A stretch of 64,000 bases of DNA from the human T2T-CHM13v2.0 reference genome, Homo sapiens (GCF_009914755.1 NC_060926.1), one strand, 5' to 3'; counted from the first letter of the stretch, positions 27,624 to 40,928 are shown. Notes: generated by a model from the letters alone, not told the origin. Made by a program: numbers and translations.

Positions 27624-28386
27624 TTTTTTTTTTTACTTTTATTTTAGGTTCAGCAGTACATGTGCAGGTTTGTTATACAGCTAAATTGCATGTTGCAGGG
27701 ATTTGGTGTACAGATTATTTTGTCACCAAGGTAATACGCACAGTACCAGAAAGGTAGTTTTTCTATCCTCACTGTCCTCCCACTCTCCACCCTCAAGTCA
27801 GCTCCAGTATCTGTTGTTCCCCTTTTTGTGTCCATATATACTCAATTTTTAGCTCCCACTTATAATTGAAAACATGTGGTCTTTGGTTTTCTGTTCCTGT
27901 GTTACTTTGCTTAGGATAATGGCCTCCAGCTCCATCCATGTTGCTACAAAGGATATGATCTCATTCTTTTTTATGGTTGTGTAATAGTCCATGGTGTATA
28001 CATACCACATTTTATTTATTTATTTATTTAGAGATGGAATCTCACTCTGTCGCCCAGGCTGGAGTGCAGTGGCGCGATCTCGGCTCACTGTAAGCTCTGC
28101 CTCCTGGGTTCATGCCATTCTCCTGACTCAACTCCCATGTAGCTGGGACTACAGGCACCTGCCACCATGCCCGACTAATTTTTTCTATTTTTAGTAGAGA
28201 TGAGGTTTCACCGTGTTAGCCAGGATGGTCTCGATCTCTTCACCTCGTGATCCGCCCTCCTCGGCCTCCCAAAGTATTGGCATTACAGGCGTGAGCCACC
28301 GCGCCCAGCCCACATTTTCTTTATTCAGTCCACCATTGACAGAAATTTAGGTTGATTTCATATACCTTTGCCATTGTAAATAGTGA
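27624..28386 (-). mobile_element. 5'-truncated primate L1 (old L1PA/L1PB) 3' end, interrupted by AluY
   Basis: T-tract, then gtacatgtgcaggtttgttata and ggataatggcctccagctccatccatgttgctacaaaggatatgatctcattc. Possible decayed TSD ttcagccac at 27598 and 28388. Confidence 0.88.
28014..28310 (-). mobile_element. AluY SINE inserted in L1
   Basis: Y diagnostics: cactgtaagctc, catgccattctc, ccgtgttagccaggatggtctcgatc. TSD cacatttt at 28006 and 28311. Confidence 0.93.
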
Positions 28387-28429
28387 CTTCAGCCACATTA
28401 TATAAAGCTTTACGATTGCCTTAGTTAAG

Positions 28430-29025
28430 TGGATAGTGCACATGTGACTTGAATATACCATTTCACCAGCGCCTTGAAGACAATGGTGTTTCCTGTCCTT
28501 CCTGAAACAGTAAGGCTTTTGTTCTGTAGGGAAGATGGGAAATATGAATCTGGATGAGGTCTTCCACTGTTCCCCCAGTGGTTACAGTTTCACTCTTCCA
28601 TGTCTATAGCATGAGAAACACTTCTTACAGAACTTTCACCAATCTCTTCTGTGAGTGCCCAATACATTCCACGGGGAAGAGCCCATGAGTTGCTGAAAAC
28701 TCCCTGCTAAATCTGTGGACTCTAGGGACTCTATACTCTGTCACCAGCCCATAAATGGTCTACACTAATTTGTGAATAACTGTAGCTGAATTCTTCTTAC
28801 TGGTGCCCGGTTTTACCTTTCCCAAGTAAGCAAGTATTCTTGTTCTGTTTCTACCTGCAAGCCAGCCTTTCTATCCTGAGATTTCAGGCTGTTTGGTTGC
28901 CTTGTGACCTCAGGTAGTTTCAAGAAAAGTCTTAAGCTTTCAATTTGTTTGATATTTTTTCTTTGTTTGGGTGGAAAAAATCCTTTTCCCAGCTCTTTAC
29001 ATCCCTACGATAAACCAGAAGTCCT
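28430..29025 (-). mobile_element. Probable old L1M 5'-end remnant
   Basis: Ends ttcccagctctttacatccc...aaccagaagtc, resembling the antisense 5' termini of ancient L1M elements. Confidence 0.35.
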
Positions 29026-29475
29026 AATAATACCTCAAAGATATTTACATTGTGTTGAAACACTATATTTTTAATGATAAATTATGATAATTTTCTACTC
29101 CCATTGTACCCATTGTGATCTAAGTATTGGTTTCCTCTCCAAAATTCATCTCTCCCATTTTCTAAAAATATGCATAAATGCCACCCTTATCTCTCTACAT
29201 AATGTTCCCAGAATATATATGAATAGAATATTTTTCTATCATGTCGAAATTCATACATATCCTTTTCTATTTATGAAATATCCTCCCTCTACTCTGCCTG
29301 TACTCTCTTAATTCAAGACCAAGATTTTTATCTTTATTTATAAACCTCCCTGAGACTAGTATAATTAAATGCTTTTTCCCTTGTATTTACATTATTCCTG
29401 ATTCTTATTTCTACAATAGAATTTGCAATATCAAATGAAATTAGTACTGTGCCTGATAAATAACAGAGGTGAGAA

Positions 29476-29501
29476 AATAAATAAATAAATAAATAAATAA
29501 A
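29476..29501. repeat. (AAAT)n tetranucleotide repeat at a probable L2 3' end
   Basis: Repeat is directly visible and is preceded by tactgtgcctgataaataacag (L2 tail-like). Confidence 0.85.
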
Positions 29502-29574
29502 TGAACAATAATTTTGCCTACCAGCTCATGAGTTATGGTATCTTTAGTTTCTTTATAGGCTTCCAAAATAATTT

Positions 29575-29740
29575 TTATTACTTATTCCTCTTCATAACAA
29601 AGCTATGAGTTAGTTGTTTTCCCCATTTTGTCATTTAGAAAAATAAAGCCCAATGATTATACGCATTCCATAAGTCACCCACTTTGTATACAATGGAGAT
29701 AAAATCTGAAATCAAGTCTATCTCATTTCAAAGACAAGAC
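29575..29740 (-). mobile_element. MIR SINE
   Basis: cttcataacaaagctatgagttagttgttttccccattttg and aatctgaaatcaagtct. Confidence 0.55.
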
Positions 29741-31786
29741 ATCTGATCATTAATATTAAATTTGGTCACTACTTTTCAAAGCAGATATTCAAGTGTAAGG
29801 ATTGAATGTCATCCTGACCCAATCAGCAACATTTTATTCTCATACAATCCTTGAGTTTCAAATTTAGCCAAGACATAATTGTTACCTCTTCAAGAGATTC
29901 CAGTTTCCCAGAAGAGAGTACACCTACAGCATTTTCTTCTTACAGTCTGTATTCACAGATATATTACAAATTTAGAATGAACTCCCTTCCCCTCACAACC
30001 AGAATTTCTTGGTTTAGCATTCTGGTTAGTTTTTGTTTCAGAATAAGTAGGAAAAAAGAAACAGGAGAAAGAATTCTCATTACCTATAGCATTTTTTAAA
30101 AATAAGAAATTCAAGTAGCTTTAGATTTTTTCTCATATTAAAACATTGAAAGAAATAATTCAGAGCATGGTGTGCATGGAACTAAGAAAGTTCTACCACC
30201 TGCTCTAGAGAGGCTAAGTTGTATGTCCATCTGAGGATGTCTTGCCATGTTCAACAAGAAGCACATCGGGGCAGAACAATAACCAGTAGGGAAAAGTTAT
30301 ATGGAAGTAGATTTTAGCTCAAATGAGCTACTGTGAGGTTAGCAGTTGTGTATTAAAAGATAATTTACTTTAGAATCTAAAGGACACTCATTAGTTGAAA
30401 GTTTTGACCAAGCTATATATGAGAAAAAGTCCATTAACATAGATTTATAATTATTGTTTTATGTGCTTGTGTTTTCAATCATATAAGAATGAAAAGGAAT
30501 TTCAATGAAAAATGCAATGGTACTGACATTTATACATACCTCTGCATCTATTCTGTTAATACCTTTGTCATTGCTTTTATTTCTTCATAAGGGTTTGAGT
30601 TACTCTCTGGTGTTCTTTCATTTCAGTCTGAAGGACTCTTTTTAGCATTTCTTGTAGGACAATCTACTAGTGATGATCTGTTTAAACTCTTGTTTACTGA
30701 AAATGTCATGATTTCTCTTTACCTTTTAAATACTACTCTTGTTGAATATAGAATTCTTTGACAGGTTTTTTTTTCCTTTCATGGTTTTGAATATATAATC
30801 TTAATGCTTTCTAGTCTCCATGAGTTTTAATAAGAAATTAATATCACTAAAGATCCCTTGTACATGGTGAATTACTTCTCTCTTCCTGCTTTCAGGAGTC
30901 CCTTTTATGTTTTCGGCTTTCAGTATAATGTATCTTGGTGTGGAACTATTGAGTTTATCCTTTTTGAAGTTCACTGAATATTTTGGATCCAAAGATTCCT
31001 CTTTTTTACCATATTTATGAAGATTTTGGCCTTTATTTCTTCAAATATTCTTTCTATCATCTTTTTCTAAGAATTCTGTTAGGCATAAGTTGGTATACTT
31101 AATGGTATACCAGAAATCCCTTAGACTCTGTTCATTTTTCTTCATTGTTTTTCTTTCTGCATCTCATACTGGATACTTTCAATTGACTTGTGCTCCTGTT
31201 CACTGATTTTTTCTCCTGCCTGCTCAAATCTGGTATTGAAACTCTCTAGTAAAATTGTTGTTTCACTCGTTTTCAGCTTGACTTTTTGTTTCCTTTTAAA
31301 ATTTTTTGTCTTTATTGATACTCTTTATTTGGTGAAACATCATTTTCCTGATTTTGTTTAGTTCTTTGTTTATGGTTTCTTGTAGCTGTTTGAGCATACT
31401 TAAGGAAGTCGACTTAAAGTCTTTGTGTAGTAAATCCAATATCTGGGCTTCCTCAACAGTAATTTCTGTTAATTTTATTTCCTATGAATGGTCTACAGTT
31501 TCTTATTTTATTGCATGCCTCATTTATTTTGGTTGTTGTTGTTGTTGAAAACTGGACATGTTGAATATTATAATGTGGTAACTGTTGAAATCCAATTATC
31601 TCCCCTCTCCCCAGGGTTTGTTTTTGCTTCTTGTTATAGATTGTGGTTATCTGCTTGCTTAGTAATTTTTATAAACTATTTTGGAAATACTATTCTTTGC
31701 TGTGCGTGGCAACTGAAATCTTTGTTCAATTAACTTAGTGGTTCAGGTAGTGATTACACAGAAATTTCTTTAAATGCCTGGATCCA

Positions 31787-31860
31787 AAAAAAAAAAAAAA
31801 GACAAACAAAAAAGAAGGAAGGAAAGAAAGAAAAAATAAAACAGAAAGAAAGAAGAAAAA
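31787..31860. repeat. A/GA-rich low-complexity tract
   Basis: Poly-A followed by (GAAA/GGAA)n. Confidence 0.85.
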
Positions 31861-32004
31861 CATTTTCTTGTCATTGCAGAATGTCTTAGCTTTCTCTTCC
31901 TGCTTAGACATAGTCTAGAAGTCAGCCAGAGGTAAAACCTTTGGGTTTTCTCATTTTTTTAAAGTATGCATCATCTTAAGCATGAACACAGCATTCTAGA
32001 TTCC

Positions 32005-32362
32005 TCCTACAAACTGAATATTTTTGGCCAGCCAAATTTTATATGTTGAACTCTTAACCTGCAATGTGCTGGTATTAGGAGGTAGTGTCTTTGGGAGGTA
32101 ATTAGGTCTTGAGGGTGGAGGCGCTATAGATAGTATTAGAGTCCTTATAGAGAGCTTGCTTCATCATCTCTGTCTGCTCTCTGCTATGTTAGGGCAAAAT
32201 GAGAGGATGGCTATCTGCAAACTAGAAGGTGTACCCTCACCAGACATCAGGTCTGCATTGATATTGGACTTTACAGCCTTCATCACTGTGAGAAAGAAAT
32301 TCTGTTGTTTAGGCCACTCAGTCTATGTTATTCTGTTATAACAGCCTGAACTCACTAAGACA
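32005..32362 (+). mobile_element. MLT1A-type MaLR solo LTR
   Basis: atatgttgaactcttaacc, ggtattaggaggtagtgtctttgggaggtaattaggtc, ending cactaagaca. Perfect 5-bp TSD attcc. Confidence 0.88.
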
Positions 32363-33088
32363 ATTCCCCCCTATATGTGGAAGTTTTTGAAAGCTTTTAC
32401 TTCTGTGTATTTCCTCAGCCTCTTTCTTTCTAGGGATTTGGTTTATCCTTTGCTTTTCCAACAGTTGTCCCTTTCTCCATGAGGCTGTAGTTAGTATGTT
32501 TTTAAATACCTTTGACAGACACAATTCAGGAATCCGCTCTATTCCTAAGAAACTTTTAAGAGGGATGAAACAAAGGCAAGCCCCTGAACCTATCTCCCAG
32601 GGAGCTCCTGACAGGTAAATCAACAATTCTTTAACTGAGATCATGGTCTATAGTGCACTTCACACCATTAGTAAGATGCACCAGGAACGTGGACCGCCAT
32701 CCTCATATTAGTCTCCAAAACACCACAACTCTGTTTTACAAAACTTTAACAGCTTCTTTATCTGTTAAGCACTTTTATAATGATTGTAATTTTTTATTAG
32801 ATTTCAGAATTTCAACAAAATTGAGTCTGACAGTTTTATTCCTCTTAAACATTGCGTAAGTTGAGTTTTCTACTCTGCTATTTTCAGATATGTCACTCTG
32901 AATGATCTTTTTTAGAGATACTTCAGGAAATCTTCATTAAATTGGATGGATGAATTAAAACACGTTGCAATTCCAAATGGCAGCAACTTTGGAAGGAAAG
33001 AACCAAAGAGTGGAGGATGTTTGGGGTCAAGAACCTGGTAAGGCAACTCTGTATAAAGAGTAAAAATGCACAGTGATGAAATACCTCA

Positions 33089-33471
33089 TGTTATGGGCTG
33101 AATTGTGCCCTCACCTCTAAAAAATGTATACATTGAAGTCCTATTCCCCAGTCCTCAGAATGTGACTATATTTGGAGTAGGATCTTTAAAGAGGCAATTA
33201 AGGTAAAATGAGTTCATATGGGTGGGCATACATCCAGTATAACTGGCATCATAATAAGAAAAGACGATTAGGACAAAGATTCGCACAGAGGAAAAACCAT
33301 GTGAAAACAGAGAGAAGTCAGTCATGTACAAGGAAAGGAGAAAGGCCCTTTGAAAAACCAATCTTGCTAACACTTTAATCTTGAACTTCAGAATGTGACA
33401 TAATGCCTCCCTGTTGTTTAAGCCACCCAGTCTATGGCATTTTGTTATGGAAGTCCTGAGAGAGGAATATA
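33089..33471 (+). mobile_element. MLT1B-type MaLR solo LTR
   Basis: tgttatgggctgaattgtgccctc, cctcagaatgtgactatatttggag, ttgtttaagccacccagtctatggcattttgttatgg. Confidence 0.88.
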
Positions 33472-33529
33472 CTCATCAAGCCGAATTGTTCCAAAGACAT
33501 GGACTTAACCCACGTTTATCTTTGTTAAT

Positions 33530-35483
33530 CCTTTAAGAACACTATCTAAACAATAGTAAAAGGGCATGTGGGAAGGACTGTAAGGGCAAAGAAAATGTGA
33601 GAGTAGGAAGGCAATTTCAGAAGGTATAAGGCAAATGAAGGAAGCCACATTTTAAGCTGGCAATTAAGAAAGCCCAGAAGCAAACACATTTACATTGCAT
33701 AAATCTAAGAGATCCAGGGATTAGTGCTTCCAGGTGTGTCTAAAAAGGGGTAAAGATGGGACTATAAACAGGAGTGATTGTTCCTATATTTGAAAAGCAT
33801 TTAGATATACATACTTTATCACACTTCCTGGATCCTGGTTACTTTTTTTCTCCCCAACCCTAGAATGTGGTTTGTTTTCTATAGAAGTAAAGCACAGTCT
33901 TGTACCTGGGGGACATAAGACACAGTTGAATAATATACAGATATCAGAGAGCTAGCTGAAGATTTAACAATGGTGGGACTTTTCACTTTTCTTTCTCTTG
34001 GACTATTAGCTATTAACCCAGACCAAGCCTTCAAGAAGATTTTAAGAGGCTTCCTGGGAATCTGAGCAACTCAACAGAAAAGAGCTAAAGTTTTTGACAA
34101 TGGAGGATCCCCACAAAATGACCCAGTCAGATTATAATTTCAATCAGATTTCCTCATCTGAACCATGGTCTCCAGAAAATGAGTTTGGTGACCATTTTCT
34201 AAATTTCCCCATGGCGCGTTAGTGTATTATCAGTAATAATATTATTAGTGTATTGCTCATACAGTATATTCTAGTTTCATAGAAGAGAAATTAATTCATT
34301 ATGTAGATAGACTCCTGAGGGAATTAGGAATTAATTTTCATAGAACATCTAGTTGAGAAGGCAGAGCAAGACCATGGTCAGACCAAACACCACACAACTT
34401 CCGTTCTGTTTTTTGGTGCCCTGATTTTAAACAGCAATCACCAGGAATCACCAGTCCTGAGAAATGCATTCAATATGAAATGAAGACAAAACCAACTGGT
34501 AAAAACTTAGTAACTTAGAGAAAACTGAAACTATGACTCCTTTCAGGGCAAAGAAAACATTTAAAAAATGAAGTTATTATCACCAGAGAAAATTTGTTTA
34601 AATGCTGTATTCATGAAACAGTGGTAGGTTGTTCTTAAAAGAAACTTTTAGAGAATTAAATAAAGCTTTGGAAATTAAAAACAAGATGGCAGAAATAAAA
34701 AACTTAAAAAAAGATTAATAAGAAGAAGCAGCTAAGTAATTAGAACAAAAAGTCAAAGTAGAAAATAGGAGGTGAGGATTAGAAAAGTACAGGAGGAATA
34801 GAGATTTCTCAACATCTGAATAACAGGAGCTTCAGAAAGAGAGACTGGAAAAACAGAGGCAAGGAAATCATCCGAGGAATAAATCAAGAGGTATTTTCAG
34901 AACTGAATAATAAGAATTTTCACAGGGCCCACCATGCACCCAGAAAAACAGATGAAAATACAGCCATAGGCTTTCCACAATATACATCATCTGAGATTTC
35001 AGGATTGATGGCAGAGAAGATAGGATAAGCTTCCATGCAGAAAAAAGTGGACTTCCAAAATTGGTACAAAAATCAAAATGTCATTGCTTCCTCATCAATA
35101 ACATTGGAAGTTAAAATAAAGTGAAAAATGTATTTGACATTTTCAGAAGTTGATTTTCACCCTTGAATTTGATATTCAGGCAAATTATCAATTAAGTATG
35201 AGTATAGAGTAAAGACACTATCAGAAATCTAATTTCTGAACAATGTTACTCGTCACATCTCAGGAAGCTATCAGAGTATGGCCCTAAACCAAAATACCAG
35301 AATTGAAAATTTAAGAGTAGAAATATTAACATATTTTGAGGCTATAAAAGAAGCTATAAAAATAATATATTAAGAGTTAAAACTGAGTATCTCTGAGAAC
35401 TAAAAATAATTGTTTTCAACGTTCTTTATTGAACTGTTCTACAATTTCAATTATATGCAAGTATAATTTTAATAAAAATAAAA
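33530..35483 (+). mobile_element. HAL1-like (half-L1) / ancient L1 ORF1 remnant
   Basis: A-rich degenerate ORF1-like tract (ataacaggagcttcagaaagagag, ttgaatttgatattcaggcaaattatcaattaag) ending tatgcaagtataattttaataaaaataaaa, which resembles the HAL1 3' end. Confidence 0.55.
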
Positions 35484-38400
35484 CTAATTTTACAAGTGGG
35501 TAGGATAATGTAATTAAGATACCTTGCACATATTACTATATCTATAACTTCTACATTTTACCCAATTGTCCAAGTATTAATTAGGTGGAACCTTGAACAA
35601 GTCATTGTCCTTGCTAGGTTTGAGTTTACTAACTCAAGAAAAAAGTATTGACCTACATTACAATCCTTTTAAAAACCCCAGGAATTTATTAATCTACTTA
35701 ATATTTACTAAGACTTCAGTGGAAAGTTATATGGATACTGTCTTTAAATATTGTTAAATTTTTACCCCCGATTTTAACTCTTTATCATAAGACTGATAAT
35801 TTGGCAAGCAAATATAGCAAGCAGAATCTAAAATATATTTTCAACTTGTTATTTGATCAAGTGGAGTATTGAGAAAAATGTAACTTTCACATCTTCTCGC
35901 AATCTATAAAAGGTCAACATTACTACCTTTTCTTTCTCTTAGTAGTAGGAAGTACCCCAACTTTGTAGAAAGGGTATGGCCAAGGCTATCAACACAAAAG
36001 CATTCTCTCAAAATTTAGAAACTGAATACCATTTAAGAAGCTTGGCAATTTCACATCCATAAATCTGTTTCACAGTGCCTGGTCCACAGTGGACTTTCAG
36101 TGAATGCTAGTTTATAGAATCATAAAACCATGGCATGTAGTTTGGAGACATTTAGAAAGAAAGAAACTTCCGGAGAGCCATGGCTTCCATACTCTACTAC
36201 CCAACTGAAAAAATGCTACTCCTAAAAAAGCATGTGCCTCTGCTTTAGTGTCCTTTGCCTATGGCCCCTCCCTCTCCCTCCCAGCCCTTCACTTCTCTGA
36301 ACTGGTTCTTTGTCCTTGCAAGCAAATCAAAGGGAAATTGAAATTGATCTCAGGGATGATGGCTGGCTAGAGTTAGAAACAGGAGATCCTGTGAGTTCGG
36401 ATAGTTTCTATGACCCCTCCTTCCCATCCACCGCGCCCCCCACCCCGCACACCCCACACCCAATTCAATTAATTTCAAGTTGAAACAGATTTATTTATAC
36501 TTATATTTTCCAGAATATTCTTCTGAAATTTTCTTGATTTAGGCTAATTTCTAAGTGCTTTCCTCCTTTTTATTTTAAAAGAAACTTGAGACCCTGGTCT
36601 CTATTAAAAAGGAAGAAAGCATCATTGATGTCCATCTTCCCTCCAGCTACCCTGAATTTGAGCAGACTGCATGACTCATCTTTCCTAGAAATACAACAAT
36701 GAGATCATCATGTCTGTTTCCTTCCTACTCTGAGTACAGTTGAATTGGTTTCCTCTGTGTTCAGAGATAATTTTTTTTTCTGAAAAGCCCTTTGCTTGTT
36801 AATACACAAGAGTTTAATTATATATTTAGAACACAGCATGGAAGAAAATGAGCAGTGATTAATACATTCTGTTTTTTCTTCAGGCAGCTCAATCTCTACT
36901 TCCAAAACTAAAATTGTATAAATCATAGAAGGAGATACATCTGCATTTTATTTTAACACCTCCTGTGATAAAGAACTCACCACTTCCACAGGAAGTTAAT
37001 TCTGCTTTTAACAATTTCTTTAGATAATTTTTGCTTGCAGGGACCTAAAATCTGATGGCTTCTGACTTCAGCTTTTTTAGCTCTATCCCTGAAATTTACA
37101 GCCAAGGAGAATATTTCTGGCCCTTTTCCAGGTGATATATCTTCAGATATTTGCAGACAATTATCATATCACATGATCTGACCTACATGAAGTGTAAATT
37201 TCTTAGAACATGGTCTGCTTCACTTTAGATATTTAGTTGTACTGCCAGATTAACAATCTTGCCTGAATTAACAAACAAATTCAAATAACTGATCTACATT
37301 TCTGTAAATGACTATTTCATCAAATTGAAAATTTACTACTGCAGTAAAGCCAAATATCTGGACAAATAAGTTTTGCCTGAATTGCATGGAGAGTTTGGGA
37401 TTGTTGTTATATAAACAGTATCTAGACCATATATGTTACAAAACTATAAGCAATTCTATATTTTTATTGTTTTTACCTTTCTTCATAAAAAGTATTGTCT
37501 AAATCAAGTTATTGCATCAATCCATATACAATTCAAATATGAAATTCTCATTCATTGATTTTTATATTATTTGTACACAAACAGAATGTAACAAAATGTA
37601 TGATACTTATTTCTGTATTTCCAAGATATTAGTATTCAAATATCGTTCTACCAGTACATTCTCAGATTCTCTTTGAAATTGAAGTTGAATAGAATGCCAG
37701 ATTTATCTCAGGTGCAAAAATATGGTTGTCAAATAAACAAACAAAAAGAACTAACACAAAACAGAGAATTAAGAAAATATCTCAGTAGCCCAAATAGCAT
37801 TCCAGTTATAGACATCCATACATGAGAAAGCATAAAATGAAATGGAGTTATTAGATATTCAATCTGGAAAGAACTTTATTATTTCTCATAAAAGCTTAGG
37901 GGCAACATTAAGTACATTTTCAAAAAAATCTTGAGAGCACAGACTCATAATTTTGAAGCTCAAATAAGACTTCAGAGGTATATAAAGAGCACTGGACTAA
38001 GAGTCAAGATACCTTGGCTCAAGGTACAACTTTGCTATTTATTAGCTGGTCCTTGACATGACCAGGTTAGCAAGGTAGAAAGATTACAAAGGTTGGCATG
38101 AAGAAGGTAGGCTTGTATGAGTGATGGTGGATGATAACAAATCTGGGGAAATGAAATGAACTACAGACAGGACACATGCGATGTGCTTCAGAGTATGCAG
38201 CTTTTCCAATCAAGGAAAGCTTCGTGCAGGAGGCCAAACAGAACCTGAACGCTGCAGTATGACCTCAGGGACTCACATCACTTTCTGAAATATCTAACAA
38301 AAATCGCATTTCTGCTGTTGCACTCTGAATTCCTAGAACTTGTGCGTGAACCATTTCACTGCATTCATTTTCCCCATGTTATTCTTTAACCAGCCTTCTT

Positions 38401-38697
38401 TCTTGATCACATTCCTAGATCTGAGATGTTTTCCTTTCAGTCTTTTCGGCATAAGACCTAATTACATAGCTAGTTGTCCAGTAATGTCTGGGAAGAGAAA
38501 AACCTTAAGTTTGTCATCTCTCAGTAGGACACCCCGGCTAAAGCCTTCTGGACACAGCAAGGATATTGTCTTCTCTCTCTTATAATCCTGTTGTATCTTC
38601 CACACATAGCATAATCAGCTATAAAGTTTTCCAATTCTTCAAAATAATTACTACCACATTTCTCAGAGATTTTCCAAGATTTCCTCAAAATTGGGAA

Positions 38698-38745
38698 AGT
38701 ATTGATTCAGCTCAGTATTGATTCAGTCTAGTATTGATTCAGCTT
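38698..38745. repeat. 16-bp tandem repeat, 3 copies
   Basis: agtattgattcagctc / agtattgattcagtct / agtattgattcagctt. Confidence 0.93.
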
Positions 38746-38949
38746 CACTTATCACTTTCAGTGGATGGGTGGTCTTCACATGTACTGGACAGGTCCTCAC
38801 TTAAATAAGATTTAGCAGCTACAAATCCAGTTACTGCATCAATCCACGTACGATTTATCTGTAGGTGAGCTCACAGTCCAAATGTGGACTGCCAGAAGTT
38901 GGGCAAAATGGAACTTGGTTCATTCTGCAGAGTGGACCACTGGGAATTG

Positions 38950-39440
38950 TACTGAGAATTACCAGAGCTGCATATCCTCTATTCACTCCTCCAGCTACAG
39001 TCTCTGCTTTCCATTGTGGCCCAGGAGACAAACTTACATTCTACATTATCAGCTTCTTTGATCTCTTGGCTTAGAGTAGCTTCAGCCAATCAGAGAACCT
39101 AGAGGGACACTGAACAAGGGAAAAGAGAAGTCTGAGGGTTTATCCACACAACCCCTGTCCGCCTCAGGCCCATGGCTTGAAAGTAGCTACATCTCTGCCA
39201 GCACTCAGATTCTGTGGGGCACCCTTCTCTCAGGGCTCCAGCACTCCAGGGTTCTGTAATTTTGCTTCCTCCTCTCTCCCTTCCAGGCCTACAGGCAGTA
39301 GCTGCTCCCCGCTATTGCCAGGCTCTGGAGCTAGGGTGTAGCTGTGCCTCATCGGTTCCCTTCACTCTGCTCATACCTCCATTAACAAGCCATTCATAAA
39401 CACCCTTTCTCATACCTTTGAACTCTATCTATAGATACCA
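38950..39440 (+). mobile_element. LTR33-like ERVL LTR
   Basis: ttcagccaatcagag, cccttccaggcctacaggcagtagctgctccccgctattgcca, ctctgctcatacctccattaacaagccattcataaacac. Confidence 0.6.
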
Positions 39441-39504
39441 CAATGGTAAGAAAGACTGGTGAACATTTTGGAGGCAAACACACACCTGATGTTTCTGCAA
39501 TTAT

Positions 39505-39745
39505 GTTGGATTCAGAGCAAGAATACCTAGACTCTGTTTCTAGTTCTGTCACTTACCGGCTTTGTGATCTCAGCAAAGTTAATTATTAGGTTGGTGCAAA
39601 AGTAATTGTGTTTTTTTGTCATTTTTTTAATGGCAAAAACCGCAATTACTTTTGCACCAATCTAATATCCCAGAGACTCAGCTTTATCATCTGTAAAATG
39701 GGAGTAATAAACTCTCAGCTTCATTGTATGAGTTAAATTATATAA
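39505..39745 (+). mobile_element. MIR SINE split by MADE1
   Basis: ctagttctgtcacttaccggctttgtgatctcagcaaagtta on the left of the MADE1; ctcagctttatcatctgtaaaatgggagtaataa on the right. Confidence 0.75.
39586..39665. mobile_element. MADE1 (Hsmar1-derived mariner MITE), complete 80 bp
   Basis: Long inverted repeats ttaggttggtgcaaaagtaattg...caattacttttgcaccaatctaa. TA target duplication at 39584-39585 and 39666-39667. Confidence 0.97.
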
Positions 39746-40628
39746 AAACTTAATATAGCTGTCACTTTTTCCTGAATTCATGTGTCCTTTGGTTTTTGAT
39801 AACATTTTCCAAATAACAAAGTAATATGAAAGATGTTCCTACTCTTTATTAGTCTCAGCCGCTCTCCAAGTATCCTCTGGGTTTGCTTTTCACTTTCTTT
39901 TCTTTCCTCTAAACCCTAAAGAATCCTGTACGCAACAACACCGTATCCAAACCCTGACCTAGTGGGCTCGACGTCTGCGTTTGTGAGGACCACTCAGGCT
40001 GGTAACTGCCCACGCTGGTAAAAACAGGTTTCCACATACCCCACTTGCCTTGTGCCCACCAATAAATCCTTTATTTATACTCACTTTTCTAAAATGCAAT
40101 TAGTTGACGTGGACTGAGTGCCTTTTTGACTTTAAGACTTGCCTACCTATTTTCAGAGCTTTTAGAGGACTGCCTCTTCGGGCTGTCTCCAGGTTGGGCT
40201 ACCAAGGGCCATGCTTGTAAGATTGCCATCCTGACTGCACTAGATTTTTCCCTTCGTATTTATTTGGAGAAATTGAGGGAAGAATATTCTTATGACTTCT
40301 CTTCACACAAACAAGGCAAGTGAAAGTGTAAACTGCAACATATGCTGGAAGTTGTTTGATAAAAATTCCTTTTATGACAATCCAGTTGGATGGGATGAGA
40401 GCAGGCTTTTCATCGTGAGACTGACTTGAATTGCTTTGGGACCTGAGTATCCTCAACCATTTGGAGTTCTGTTTTTCTCATTTGTAAGATGAAAATAATA
40501 ATGTGTACTTTGATGAGGAAGTCACCAATAAGAGAGGACTTTGGGAGCGATAAATAAGACAATGTATGAGAAAGTAAGCTGTACAGGGTCACCTGGTAAG
40601 CACTCAGGATGTGTTCTGTTAAGTTTAA

Positions 40629-40928
40629 TTTTTTTCTTTTTTTTGAGGCGGAATTTCACTCTTGTTGCCCAGGCTGGAGTGCAATGGCACAATCTCGGCT
40701 CACCACAAACTCCACCCCCCTTGGGTTCACATGATTCTCCTGCCTCAGTCTCCCAGGTAGCTGGGATTACAGGCATGCACCACCACGCCTGACTAATTTT
40801 GTATTTTGAGTAGAGACAGGGTTTTTCCATGTTGTTCAGGCTGGTCTCAAACTCCCAACCTCAGGTGATCTGCCTGCCTCAGCCTCCCAAAGTGCTGAGA
40901 TTACAGGCCTGAGCCACTGTGCATGGAC
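40629..40928 (-). mobile_element. Alu (AluSp-like) SINE
   Basis: Diagnostics: tttcactcttgttgcccaggctggagtgcaatgg, ctcaccac, ccatgttgttcaggctggtctc, acctcaggtgatc. Confidence 0.92.

Larger units (their letters stand above)
30430..32890 (-). mobile_element. Old L1M (L1MC/MD-like) ORF1 / 5' region, interrupted by MLT1A
   Basis: Antisense ORF1 motifs: tttagcatttcttgtagg, gatcccttgtacatggtgaattacttctctcttcctgctttcagg. The degraded peptide in ORF 30801-30992 (STPRYIILK) is L1 ORF1-like. Confidence 0.7.

Noticed and set aside
38698-38745. CRISPR-like repeat array
   Set aside because: Units are adjacent with no unique spacers, there are no cas genes, and the DNA is primate.
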